From a virus, in the IMG/VR virus record IMGVR_UViG_3300020391_000003, positions 120,325 through 184,324 of that record: a stretch of 64,000 nt of DNA; one strand, 5' to 3'. Made by a program: the position numbers and the translations under genes. Numbering within the stretch: position 1 is the first letter of the stretch; the number at the start of each line of letters is the position of its first letter. The notes beneath the pieces are model-generated. The model searched no databases and was not told the origin of the DNA. It was given only the letters and a program-made list of their open reading frames with translations. This document shows positions 48,111 through 57,745 of the stretch, piece after piece.

Positions 48111-48160
48111 AAAGTCTAAAAGTTAACTTTTAACTTTTAGTAGACTTTACTTTGACTTTC
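48111..48160. repeat. Nested inverted repeats and ACTTT iterations in a divergent intergenic region
   Basis: Perfect palindrome AAAAGTTAACTTTT at 48118-48131 inside AAAGTCT...AGACTTT; five ACTTT copies. Confidence 0.7.
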
Positions 48161-48174
48161 GTGTACCATAATGC

Positions 48175-50154
48175 GTGGCCAAAAGAAAATATATAAAAAA
48201 ATCTGATTACTGGAATAAGTTTTCCAAAGATAGCTCAGAAGATCTTTCCAAAATTATTCAATCTAACGACGCTAGCCCTTCTTCTTCTGGGGAACCTTAT
48301 TATACAGAATCTATAGCATCTACTTATAGTAGGAATAAATCTCTGTCTGACGAATTTTCTTCAAGAAGAAATGCGACACACAAGTCAACAAAAAAACATA
48401 GATTCTCTAATATTGCTAGTGGAGTCTTGCCATATACATATGGAGCTGACGGAGTAAACGTCAGAGAGACAATTGAGCTTTGTCAAAAAGCGTACGCGAA
48501 TATTTCTGTATTTAGAAATGCAATTGATGTTATGTCTGAGTTCGCTAATTCAAAAATATACTTAGAGGGTGGAACTCAAAATTCTCAAGACTTTATATAT
48601 AAATGGTTTGAGAGAATAAATTTATGGAACTTAAAAGATCAATACTTTAGAGAATATTATAGAAGTGGGAATATCTTTATGTATAGGGTTGATGGCCAGT
48701 TTTCAAAAGCTGACTTTGACAAAATAAGTAAAATTTATGGATCAACAATATCTTTAAAACCTGGAAATCTTCCTGTTAAGTATATTATGCTAAACCCTTA
48801 TGATATTGTCGCTAAAAAGGGATCTTCATTTGAAAATGGATTGTATGAAAAAATATTATCGGAGTTCGATATAGAAAGACTAAAAAGCCCTAAAACAGAA
48901 TATGATATTCAGGTATTTGAAGCTCTAGATCCTGAAACCAAGCAGGCAATAGAAAGAGGTCAATATAATTCTGATGGATTAAAAATAAAACTTGATCCTG
49001 GGCATTTGGTATATTCATTTTATAAAAAACAAGATTACGAACCTTTCGCTATTCCTTTTGGGTTTCCTGTGCTTGATGACATTAACTTTAAATTAGAGCT
49101 AAAGCAAATAGATCAGGCTATCTGTAGGACAATTGAAAATGTAATACTTTTAATAACTATGGGCGCAGAGCCAGATAAAGGCGGTATTAATCCAAGAAAT
49201 ATGGAGGCGATGCAGAACCTTTTCAAAAATGAGAGTGTTGGCAGGGTTTTGGTTAGTGATTATACAACAAAAGCAAATTTTGTTATACCTGACATCAGTA
49301 AAGTTGTTGGGCCGTCTAAATATGAGGTAATTAATAATGACATCAAAGAGGGATTGCAAAACGTAATTGTTGGTGATGAGAGATATAGTAATACCCAAGT
49401 GAAGGCGAAAATATTTTTAGAAAGACTTGAAGAATCAAGGAATGCTTTTATATATGATTTTTTACAACCTCAAGTAAAAATGATTTGTCAAAACTTAGGC
49501 TTTAGGAAATATCCGACTGTAAAATTTGAGCAGACAGATATAAAGGATGAAGTTCAGCTGCAAAGAGTTGCTACTAGATTAATGGAGCTGGGTATTATAA
49601 CTCCTGAGCAAGGCGTAAATGTTTTAGAAAAAGGTTCTTATCCAAGACCAGATGAAATGGAGGGAGCTCAAAAGAAATATATAGAGCAAAGAAAGCAGGG
49701 TATGTACAATCCAATTGTAGGAGGAGTTCCAATGATTGAACCTCAAACAGGTACAGGGTCTGGCCCATCAAAAGAAGTCGGAAGGCCAGTCGGAACAAGT
49801 GAAATTCCTCAGGAAAACAAAATTAATGCACAAGAATTATATTCAAGAAAAAACATACAAGACATAATTTATTCAACAGAAAATTTAAAAGCTCAAGGTT
49901 TAAAAGAAATGAGAAAGAGGCTTGGAAAGAAGAAGCTTAAAAAATCTGAAGAGTCTATGGTTTTTGAATTGATAGAGTCTGTAGTGCTATCGGAGGCAGA
50001 GAATCTATGGCAAGAAAGTATGTCGAAATGTATAAAAGATCCTGAGCAAGTTCTAAATTTAGGTATTAATAGTGAAATAAGAAATATATCTGAAGCGCAT
50101 GATTTAGATTTATATTCTGCAGCTTTATTATATCACAGTAACAGGAGGGATTAA
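48175..50154 (+). CDS. Probable portal protein
   Basis: 659 aa; FRNAID.M..FAN, EYYRSGN, HS.YKKQDYE..AIP, helical stem segments typical of portals; GTG start 9 nt after GTGTA. Confidence 0.7.
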   Translation: MAKRKYIKKSDYWNKFSKDSSEDLSKIIQSNDASPSSSGEPYYTESIASTYSRNKSLSDEFSSRRNATHKSTKKHRFSNIASGVLPYTYGADGVNVRETIELCQKAYANISVFRNAIDVMSEFANSKIYLEGGTQNSQDFIYKWFERINLWNLKDQYFREYYRSGNIFMYRVDGQFSKADFDKISKIYGSTISLKPGNLPVKYIMLNPYDIVAKKGSSFENGLYEKILSEFDIERLKSPKTEYDIQVFEALDPETKQAIERGQYNSDGLKIKLDPGHLVYSFYKKQDYEPFAIPFGFPVLDDINFKLELKQIDQAICRTIENVILLITMGAEPDKGGINPRNMEAMQNLFKNESVGRVLVSDYTTKANFVIPDISKVVGPSKYEVINNDIKEGLQNVIVGDERYSNTQVKAKIFLERLEESRNAFIYDFLQPQVKMICQNLGFRKYPTVKFEQTDIKDEVQLQRVATRLMELGIITPEQGVNVLEKGSYPRPDEMEGAQKKYIEQRKQGMYNPIVGGVPMIEPQTGTGSGPSKEVGRPVGTSEIPQENKINAQELYSRKNIQDIIYSTENLKAQGLKEMRKRLGKKKLKKSEESMVFELIESVVLSEAENLWQESMSKCIKDPEQVLNLGINSEIRNISEAHDLDLYSAALLYHSNRRD

Positions 50155-50157
50155 TAA

Positions 50158-50691
50158 ATGGGAGCGTTCGAAACTTTCGTTAATGCTAACCTAGGAATAA
50201 GAAAGCCATTAATCTTGGACGTAGGGCATCCAACTGGCAGCACAAAGGCTGCTGGAATTGTTGGGTCTGAATATATAGATACTTCTAACAATTTTATATA
50301 CGAAAAAACCGGAGAGAATAATCAAGAAGACTGGAGGTTTGTTAGAAAACTGGGCGAGTTTAGTGATACAATTCAAAATGTATCTGGATCTTTGTATCAA
50401 CAAATTTCATCTGTGTCTGAAAATACTGTTTGTACTGAATTAAATTTACCGACAGGAGTTGATAGTGTAAGTTTAAGATACGATGAAATTAATAGCTCCT
50501 TAAGTTTCTCTGATCCGCCACACGTTTTTGTAAATTTAAAGTCAAGCGGGGGTTTTCCAAATTTCTACGCTTTATCAACTTATGATGTTGATAACGAATC
50601 GTTTAAGGTAGGATTTTCTAATCAAATAGTAGATGAAGATCTTTCTTTAGAGATTATGATAAAAGGATATGACGGTAACACCGTTACTTAA
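50158..50691 (+). CDS. Putative virion protein with a C-terminal H-lectin/gp53-like domain
   Basis: FSDPPHVFVNL..YDVDNESFKVGFS; co-transcribed with the portal. Confidence 0.45.
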   Translation: MGAFETFVNANLGIRKPLILDVGHPTGSTKAAGIVGSEYIDTSNNFIYEKTGENNQEDWRFVRKLGEFSDTIQNVSGSLYQQISSVSENTVCTELNLPTGVDSVSLRYDEINSSLSFSDPPHVFVNLKSSGGFPNFYALSTYDVDNESFKVGFSNQIVDEDLSLEIMIKGYDGNTVT

Positions 50692-50881
50692 TACATATAC
50701 TATCAAAATCAGCTTTGCCGCAAAACTTAGATAATTTAGTACCATCTTCATCTATAGCTTTCAGGCAATAACGAATAGATAACTTGCCTGATTTGGTTAT
50801 TTTTTCATAAGTTTTTTTTGAAACTTTAGCAGAATCAATTAAAACTTTTGCTTTTTTCTTTACATTATAAAATTCGATCAT
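50684..50881 (-). CDS. Small basic hypothetical protein
   Basis: 65-aa ORF. Confidence 0.6.
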   Translation of the reverse strand: MIEFYNVKKKAKVLIDSAKVSKKTYEKITKSGKLSIRYCLKAIDEDGTKLSKFCGKADFDSICIK

Positions 50882-50902
50882 AATTATGTAGGGTTGTAAA
50901 TA

Positions 50903-51583
50903 TTATAAGGGTTTTAAATTTTTTGTCAATAACTCGAATATTTGTTGTTTTGTTTTTTTGTCAGATTTTGACCACTTATACATGATATCATTTTTTATTT
51001 GTTTTATGTTTTTTTGCATTTTTTGTATTTCAGACCTTAATTGCTGAATGAATTTTGGCGTTATATTTTTTATTTGCACGTTTAATTCTAGAGCTACTTG
51101 AAGTATTTTTCTCAAGTCTCCTCCTTGTTTTCCTTTTACCGCCTCATTGTACAGGTCAACCATTTCTTCCATTTCTTCTTGTGGTAAATCTTTATTAAGG
51201 TCTGGGTGAGTTTTTTTTACTATCTCTCTGAACAAATCATTCATATTTTTATCTGAAAGATTTTCTTTTTGTTTCGCTTCTGGAGAAACCGACTCAAATG
51301 GATCTTCTATTTTTTTATCTTTGCAATACTCTAACATTTTGCTTATGAATATATGGCGAACTTCTTCGAATTCTTCAATTAATTCTTCATGTTCCATGTT
51401 GAGATACAAGGCCTTGTGGCGTAATTTTTTAAATTGCTTTCTTAATTGTTTTTGGGCTTGTGGAGCAGAGTATTTTACAGGAAGATTTTCTTTTGCGTAT
51501 TTTTTGTTTTCAGGTGTGTGTTTGCCTAATTCATGTTTAGGTTTGTCTCCAAATAAATCATCAAATAATTCTTCTCTGTTCAT
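50903..51583 (-). CDS. J-domain (DnaJ-like) co-chaperone protein
   Basis: LFREIVKKTHPDL HPD motif in a central helical domain; GTGTA 9 nt upstream. Confidence 0.7.
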   Translation of the reverse strand: MNREELFDDLFGDKPKHELGKHTPENKKYAKENLPVKYSAPQAQKQLRKQFKKLRHKALYLNMEHEELIEEFEEVRHIFISKMLEYCKDKKIEDPFESVSPEAKQKENLSDKNMNDLFREIVKKTHPDLNKDLPQEEMEEMVDLYNEAVKGKQGGDLRKILQVALELNVQIKNITPKFIQQLRSEIQKMQKNIKQIKNDIMYKWSKSDKKTKQQIFELLTKNLKPL

Positions 51584-51597
51584 ATATTATTTTACAC

Positions 51598-51623
51598 AAA
51601 AAAGGCGACCCCAAAGGGTCGCC
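51598..51623 (-). terminator. Terminator after the repeat-fibre gene
   Basis: GGCGACCC-TTTG-GGGTCGCC followed by TTTTTT on the minus strand. Confidence 0.88.
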
Positions 51624-51652
51624 CAAGAATTAAATCTTGCTCGTATTACTGA

Positions 51653-52657
51653 TTAACCTGCGATTGACGCAATCAATTCCACTGTATAATTAGCGGAAGG
51701 AACTGCATCTGCGAATGTTACAGTAGCAGCACTTGTACTTACTGCAGAAACCATGCAGGCAATGATTGGATCATTTGCGTTAGAGCTCTTTAGTAAGGCT
51801 ACAACAACTGGTGTTGAAGCGAATGTTCTACCAAATGCTATTGAACCAGAATTATCTGCTCCATTACTTATTGGAGAGCTTTTGGCTACGACATCATTTG
51901 TAGCAATCAATCCAGCAAGGCTGGAAATGTCACTGTCTGTAGTACCTTCGTCTGCATTACGCTGAGCTTGTAAGCTAGAAACGTCACTTTCGAGATCTCC
52001 CTTGTTTTTGGAGATGTCACCAGCAAGACTGGAAACGTCACTATCTGTAGTACCTTCGTCTACGTTACGCTGAGCTTGTAAGCTAGAAATGTTGCTTTCG
52101 AGATCACCTGTGTTTCCGGAGATGTCACCAGCAAGACTGGAAATGTCACTGTCTGTAGTAGCTTCGTCTACGCCGCGCTGAGCATGCAAGCTAGAAACGT
52201 CGCTTTCGAGGTCTCCCTTGTTTTTGGAGATGTCACCAGCAAGACTGGAAACGTCACTATCTGTAGTGCCTTCGTCTACGCCGCGCTGAGCATGCAAGCT
52301 AGAAACGTCGCTTTCGAGGTCTCCCTTGTTTTTGGAGATGTCACCAGCAAGACTGGAAACGTCACTATCTGTAGTGCCTTCGTCTACGCCGCGCTGAGCA
52401 TGCAAGCTAGAAACGTCGCTTTCGAGATCTCCCTTGTTTTTGGAGATGTCACCAGCAAGACTGGAAACGTCACTATCTGTAGTGCCTTCGTCTGCCACAC
52501 GCTGGGCGTGCAAAGATGAGATATCACTTTCGATTGTAGCTTTACTCATTAGTGTGGAACCGCTGCTATCTGTAATTTCAAAAGCATCGGTTGCACTCGC
52601 TGCCAAGCGGATATTGCCCGCTAGGTCTAATGTTTCGGTACGGAATATTTTAGCCAT
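51653..52657 (-). CDS. Coiled-coil repeat fibre protein with an H-lectin/gp53-like tip
   Basis: Eleven 18-aa repeats followed by FGRTFASTPVVVA..VSTSAATVTF beta domain; own terminator. Confidence 0.7.
   Translation of the reverse strand: MAKIFRTETLDLAGNIRLAASATDAFEITDSSGSTLMSKATIESDISSLHAQRVADEGTTDSDVSSLAGDISKNKGDLESDVSSLHAQRGVDEGTTDSDVSSLAGDISKNKGDLESDVSSLHAQRGVDEGTTDSDVSSLAGDISKNKGDLESDVSSLHAQRGVDEATTDSDISSLAGDISGNTGDLESNISSLQAQRNVDEGTTDSDVSSLAGDISKNKGDLESDVSSLQAQRNADEGTTDSDISSLAGLIATNDVVAKSSPISNGADNSGSIAFGRTFASTPVVVALLKSSNANDPIIACMVSAVSTSAATVTFADAVPSANYTVELIASIAG
51911..52525 (-). repeat. 108-bp (36-aa) coding tandem repeat made of alternating 18-aa A/B units, about 5.5 copies
   Basis: DVSSLHAQRGVDEGTTDS / DVSSLAGDISKNKGDLES. 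Confidence 0.95.
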
Positions 52658-52721
52658 ACGTAACTATATACGTTCAAAAAAAGAGTATGGGAAATTTTTT
52701 TTTGAAGGGATTTTTTTCGTT

Positions 52722-53519
52722 TTACAGGGACTCTGTAGAAAAATTATTTTGCCAATAGCTCATGAATATTTTCTTTAATTCATATGGATAGGCCATAAAA
52801 TGTAATATAAATGAATCTTCGTTTACTAGCCTTGGGTCTGTATTAAATTCGTTCATTTCGAATATTTTTCTATTAAATCCAAAGCCATCACTTTTTCTTA
52901 AAATTTCGCAGAGTATTTCTTGATCTCCGCCGCTGGCGTACAGTGAAGACTTGTCTCCATTGAAATCTCGCCATTTTGTAATTAAGTTTTTTGTGTATTG
53001 ATGAGATTTAAAAAATAATACCCCGCTATTTAACATACAATGGTTGCCAATATCTTTTGTTGCAAGTATGAATTTTTTAGGAGATTTTTCTATAATCGAC
53101 TCGAGTTTTTTTTCTGGATTAAAAATTAATGTATCAGAGTCCATCCAAACTATGTAATCGTGATCGTCAATATGGTTTAATAAGGCTTGCGATTTTGACC
53201 AGTTTGGGCTTCCGTTTTTGTCTAACTTTTCTCTGTAGACGTAAAAACTGTAACCCTGCTTTTCGCAGTAATTTTTAATACTTTCTTCTGAGTAAATAGC
53301 AAATTCAGAAATTTCTTTAGTATACAAGCTGACAATCGCAATTTTCTTAAATGGATTAAAGCAATTGAATCTATCTTCAGGTTCTTCAATCACAGGTATT
53401 TGCGAGCTTATGTATTTAACCCAATCAAAAAGCTTTCTGTGTTTTCCGAATCTATCATTATTGAAAAAATTAAGCCATTCGTTTTTTAGGCCTATGAATT
53501 CTTGTTGTTTTTTATTCAT
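52722..53519 (-). CDS. Glycosyltransferase, GT34 (MNN10/GMA12)-like
   Basis: WSK, VWMDSDTL, LNSGVLFFK, GGDQ, DSFILHF. Confidence 0.8.
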   Translation of the reverse strand: MNKKQQEFIGLKNEWLNFFNNDRFGKHRKLFDWVKYISSQIPVIEEPEDRFNCFNPFKKIAIVSLYTKEISEFAIYSEESIKNYCEKQGYSFYVYREKLDKNGSPNWSKSQALLNHIDDHDYIVWMDSDTLIFNPEKKLESIIEKSPKKFILATKDIGNHCMLNSGVLFFKSHQYTKNLITKWRDFNGDKSSLYASGGDQEILCEILRKSDGFGFNRKIFEMNEFNTDPRLVNEDSFILHFMAYPYELKKIFMSYWQNNFSTESL

Positions 53520-55154
53520 TTAATATAATTTAAAATCTTCACTATTTAAAATTTTTGCTCCTGCGTTTTTAATCTTGCTTGTTAATAATAACTCGTTAAT
53601 TATGCACTGAGTTTTTTTCTTGAATAGTTTAACATTTGATTCTATCTTAAATTTACTATGCCAGCCTTTTGTCAACCAGTTTATTATGTGATTCTTTAAA
53701 TCGCTTGAAATCCTTGACGAATTTAGAAATGAATTTAATTCGTTTTCATCCTGAATTAATGAGTCAATTTTTATTTCCGAAGAGTTGTCTAATTTTATTT
53801 TTTGCAGTATTTTATTTGGTATAATAATCGCATTGCTACAAATCCAGTTGTTAAATTTCGCGTTATCAAGTGAAAAGTTTTTTTCCGATAAATTTAATCC
53901 ATCAATCTTTCCAAAAACTAAATCGTGTTTTTTTAATACATTTAATAAATCTTGATTTAAATGTTTGCCTATAACTTTTGTATTATAATTTAAGAAAGAA
54001 TCATTTGTTATTAAAATTAAGTCATAATGCTTGCCTTTTGATTCGTCGAATCCTTTTTGCCAACCCGAGAACTCCCAGTTTAAATTGTTACCTGGAATTA
54101 TTGATATTTTTTTTCCTTGAAATTTATTTAATCCTTCTCGCTTGTTATCTATTACTACGCAATCAAAATCTATACCTTTATTGTATAAGGCATCGGATAA
54201 AATTTTAAAAGAATGAGGGTATTTGTTGGAGTCGAATTGAGTATATAAAACTAAAAGATTTGCTTTGTCTTGAGGGTTAATTTTAAATCTAGAGCAATAT
54301 CTATCATGCACTCCGCATAATACGAAGATATCTGTCCCCTCTTTTTCTAAACTGCAACAATAAGATTTATCTTCTGGGGGATTTATTTCTTTTTTTTCTT
54401 TTATTATTATTTCTTTATCTATTATTTCAAAGCTTACCTTGTTAAACTTGTATTCGTATTCACCTCTTCTTTCGTGGCAAAGCATTATGAATTCATTAGA
54501 CTGAATATTTATAGGGTTACATGAGTTTCTGAGATTTATATTTTGATCTAGGTTGATGTTATTAAAAGAAATATTCTCTAATTTTTGTGCAGTTGTATAG
54601 ATGAGGGGAAACATAGAGTATATCACGTAAAACAAATCTTCATATTTGAAGCTCATCCAGTTTTTATTTGGATTGATTTGGTTTATTGAGTCGAATTTTT
54701 TAATATTAGTGATTTCAAGTTTAGATAAGTTTACTGAGCAGTGCCCTGCTGAAAAATCAATAGACACTTTTTTGCATTCTTCGTCATGGCAGATAGTTTG
54801 GTTTATTATTGTGCATGTAGCTAAAGCAATGATATCGCCGTTTTCTATTGTTACTGCACCATGTATAAATCTTATATCTTCAGGAAATTTATAATCTGGA
54901 TTTACATCTTTTTTTATATAGCTGTGGATTTTTTTCCCTTTTATATTGAATTTTAATTTAACATATTCGCCAGAATCTTCTTTTAACCAATAGGTAGATT
55001 GGCCATTAAAGTGGCCTCTGGGCGGAGGAGAGTTTTTGTAGTCTTCTCCTCTCGCAATAGTATATTTTTTGCCATTAAAGTTTGTTGAGCTTGGATTGAA
55101 GATGCAAATTGTTTTTTCGCCGGTTATTGATTTGCCTATATTTTTTAAGTTCAT
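53520..55154 (-). CDS. Two-domain glycan-modifying protein (propeller-like N-terminus, GT-like C-terminus)
   Basis: PEDIRF, KNWMSF, LRNS propeller-type motifs; VVIDN, WEFSGWQKG, ITNDSF in the C-terminal domain. Confidence 0.5.
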   Translation of the reverse strand: MNLKNIGKSITGEKTICIFNPSSTNFNGKKYTIARGEDYKNSPPPRGHFNGQSTYWLKEDSGEYVKLKFNIKGKKIHSYIKKDVNPDYKFPEDIRFIHGAVTIENGDIIALATCTIINQTICHDEECKKVSIDFSAGHCSVNLSKLEITNIKKFDSINQINPNKNWMSFKYEDLFYVIYSMFPLIYTTAQKLENISFNNINLDQNINLRNSCNPINIQSNEFIMLCHERRGEYEYKFNKVSFEIIDKEIIIKEKKEINPPEDKSYCCSLEKEGTDIFVLCGVHDRYCSRFKINPQDKANLLVLYTQFDSNKYPHSFKILSDALYNKGIDFDCVVIDNKREGLNKFQGKKISIIPGNNLNWEFSGWQKGFDESKGKHYDLILITNDSFLNYNTKVIGKHLNQDLLNVLKKHDLVFGKIDGLNLSEKNFSLDNAKFNNWICSNAIIIPNKILQKIKLDNSSEIKIDSLIQDENELNSFLNSSRISSDLKNHIINWLTKGWHSKFKIESNVKLFKKKTQCIINELLLTSKIKNAGAKILNSEDFKLY

Positions 55155-55158
55155 AATT

Positions 55159-56664
55159 TTAAATGAATTTCATTTTGTTTTTATCTATAGGGTTTTTTAT
55201 CCCCCAATGCTCAACACCGCTTTCATCGTACATAGCTTCTTTGCCGAGACCATTGCCGAAATTAAAAGTATTTTTATCATATTTAAATATAAAAGTCTCT
55301 TCAGGGACAGTCTCTATGAAGGTTTGAGAATATTTTGATTGATTTATTTTTTTAATTATTTTATCTGACACTTCTTTGCTTGGGTATCTTTCTAGGGCGT
55401 GGCCATAAATCAGTTTAGTCAAGCCATGAAAGTAGGTAATTGGTGCCAGCGTAAGTATGTCCTGCCATCCTGATCTTCTTCTTCTGAGCATTAGATCTAG
55501 CGCTGACTTATGTAGCGGATTATTTGGGGCGCTTATCATAATATCTTGAGAAAAATCGATAATTTTTCCATGATTGGAGTGCAAGGGTAGGACACATTTT
55601 GCGTTTTTTTCTATGATTGAGTTTAGTTCTTTATTTGCGTGCCTATCTATGTCTGTATATAGGCCGCCTTCGTTTACTATTTTTAATAAACGCCACGTGT
55701 CAACTTTTGATACAATTGGGGCATCTTTTATTAAATTGTAATCTATAGTTGATAAATTTTCTTTCAAGTATACTTCGACTTCATTATCATCTGAAATTTC
55801 AAGTTTCCATTCTGGGTTTATTTTTACTAGATTTTGTATTCCGTTTATGGCTAATTGATTTGAGCTTTCTAATATAGACCTATCTTTCCATGATATATGA
55901 ATTTTCTTGGGTATTGAGGGTAAAGGTTCAAGGAGATCATCTAAATTTTGTTTCTGTGAACTTATTCTCATCACAGAGGAGTTTCTGAAGTAATTAGATT
56001 TTCGATTAGATAAATTTATGGGGTCCGAAAAAACTTCTTTGTTGTATCTTTTGTTATCTAATTCGAAATTGGTTGCAGCTTCTCTTCCGCCAAACTTTAA
56101 GTCTTGCAAGAAGATAGGTTTTTTAAGCGCGTAAACATTATAGTTTGATTGCATTTCAGCGGCAAATACATCCCAGATTTTTTCTTGATAAAAACCGTCG
56201 ATCATGGCTTTCTCATAGGCTGCGGCACCAAGTGCGGAGCAAATCATAATTGCGTGACCGCTTAGCATATTAAATATTTGATAAGTATTTTCATCAATTT
56301 GTTGAGCAGAAATATTATCAATAGCTTTACCGTTGTTCATTGCAAGCTGAGATAATCCTAGATAAAATAAATCTGTATCATTAGGAATGTCAATTTCTTT
56401 TGGCATTTCTCGGTAAAAAGATACGTCATCCTCTAATATTACGAATGGCTGAAATGGTCTTGAATTATCTTGCTCCCTTAGGCCTGCTTCAATCATTCTT
56501 GCGTGACCTATACTTCCCGATTTTTCTTTTGATATGCCTATTTCGTAAGGTAGTATTTTTCTAAAATTATAGTCTTTTAGTATAGATTCTATATGTTTAG
56601 AGTTTTCACTATTTTTTGTTTTTGTTAGGTAATAAAATTTAAGATTGTTTGTTTTTAATATCAT
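55159..56664 (-). CDS. Bifunctional glycosyltransferase (GT25-like + GT32-like)
   Basis: FVILEDDV..LFYLG..LSGHA; IPKKIHISW, KVDTWRL..EGGLYTDID. Confidence 0.75.
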   Translation of the reverse strand: MILKTNNLKFYYLTKTKNSENSKHIESILKDYNFRKILPYEIGISKEKSGSIGHARMIEAGLREQDNSRPFQPFVILEDDVSFYREMPKEIDIPNDTDLFYLGLSQLAMNNGKAIDNISAQQIDENTYQIFNMLSGHAIMICSALGAAAYEKAMIDGFYQEKIWDVFAAEMQSNYNVYALKKPIFLQDLKFGGREAATNFELDNKRYNKEVFSDPINLSNRKSNYFRNSSVMRISSQKQNLDDLLEPLPSIPKKIHISWKDRSILESSNQLAINGIQNLVKINPEWKLEISDDNEVEVYLKENLSTIDYNLIKDAPIVSKVDTWRLLKIVNEGGLYTDIDRHANKELNSIIEKNAKCVLPLHSNHGKIIDFSQDIMISAPNNPLHKSALDLMLRRRRSGWQDILTLAPITYFHGLTKLIYGHALERYPSKEVSDKIIKKINQSKYSQTFIETVPEETFIFKYDKNTFNFGNGLGKEAMYDESGVEHWGIKNPIDKNKMKFI

Positions 56665-57745
56665 TTATTATCTTATTATATATATTAATGTTGTCTTGAT
56701 TGTATGGGCTATACTGTTTTAAAAAGTTTTTGTTATCATATTTGGTTTGATCTAATGTTTTGCTATGATTTAGTATGGCGTTCTTTAATTGGTTTGCCCC
56801 GAAGTCCACATCGCAGTCGGGATAATAATAACCTACATCTTCTAGAGTCGAAGAGTTGTGTATTAAGGGTAGGTTTAAGAATAAAGCTTCAAGGTAACTA
56901 TAGTTCAGTTCGTTTTTAATTTGATGACTAACTATGGTGCTACCAAATTTGCTCAACGCATCAAGTAAGCTCCATCTTTTATTGAAATAGCAGAAGTCTT
57001 TCTTTTTTACCACTTCTAATCTGTTCATTAGTTTTTCAAAGAAAGGATTAAATTTAATTCTTTGGCAACAGAATATGTTTATGGAGTTTAATATTTTCGG
57101 ATCTTTATGATAAAGATTTTCGCATATATTAATTGGTATTACGCAATTTTTAATAAAAGATATGTTTGGTTCAAAGACGCACACTTTTTTAATTTGTTCT
57201 TTTTTAAAGCTTGGGTCCATACCCTTTTTTTTAAGTTCTTTTATCTTATCTTCTATGAAAAAAGAGTCCCATATGAATGGAATAATTATAACGTCTTTGA
57301 AGTTATAATAAGTTTTTATGTAGCTTTGGGAATACTCATGTTGAGGAGATATCCAGATTTGTTCTAGGTGTTTAGGTTTTTCTAGTGGCAGCTTGGGGCT
57401 TTTACTTAATAGGGAATGATTGATATCATCCATTAACTTATTGCCAAAATGTATTAGTATTGTTTTGAAATTGCTATTCCTGGATTTTAATTTGTCGTAC
57501 ATTTCTGGAAATAAATCGAATCCGGCCACAATTAATAGGTCTAAATTTTCATTATCGTCGGCAAGCAAATCATCTAAAAGCATACCTTTATGATTTTTCT
57601 TTAGTGTGTGAATAGGTTTTTTATGGGTAATGTAAAAACATTCGTGCCCACATCTTTCTATCATTTCATAAAGAAATACGATGTTTTGTTGCATTCCGTT
57701 TGCCCAAAAAGCAACGGACATATCTAGTGTAATTCCTATTTTCAT
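56639..57745 (-). CDS. DUF2827-family protein
   Basis: IGITL..FWANGMQQNIVFL, IWISP, PFIW, VFEPN, HQ..NELNYSYLEAL..LIHNS, GYYY. Confidence 0.75.
   Translation of the reverse strand: MKIGITLDMSVAFWANGMQQNIVFLYEMIERCGHECFYITHKKPIHTLKKNHKGMLLDDLLADDNENLDLLIVAGFDLFPEMYDKLKSRNSNFKTILIHFGNKLMDDINHSLLSKSPKLPLEKPKHLEQIWISPQHEYSQSYIKTYYNFKDVIIIPFIWDSFFIEDKIKELKKKGMDPSFKKEQIKKVCVFEPNISFIKNCVIPINICENLYHKDPKILNSINIFCCQRIKFNPFFEKLMNRLEVVKKKDFCYFNKRWSLLDALSKFGSTIVSHQIKNELNYSYLEALFLNLPLIHNSSTLEDVGYYYPDCDVDFGANQLKNAILNHSKTLDQTKYDNKNFLKQYSPYNQDNINIYNKIINDIKNKQS

Noticed and set aside
51911-52525. Possible CRISPR array or DGR template/variable repeat pair
   Set aside because: Contiguous in-frame tandem units with no unique spacers; differences are not adenine-specific; no cas or reverse transcriptase gene seen
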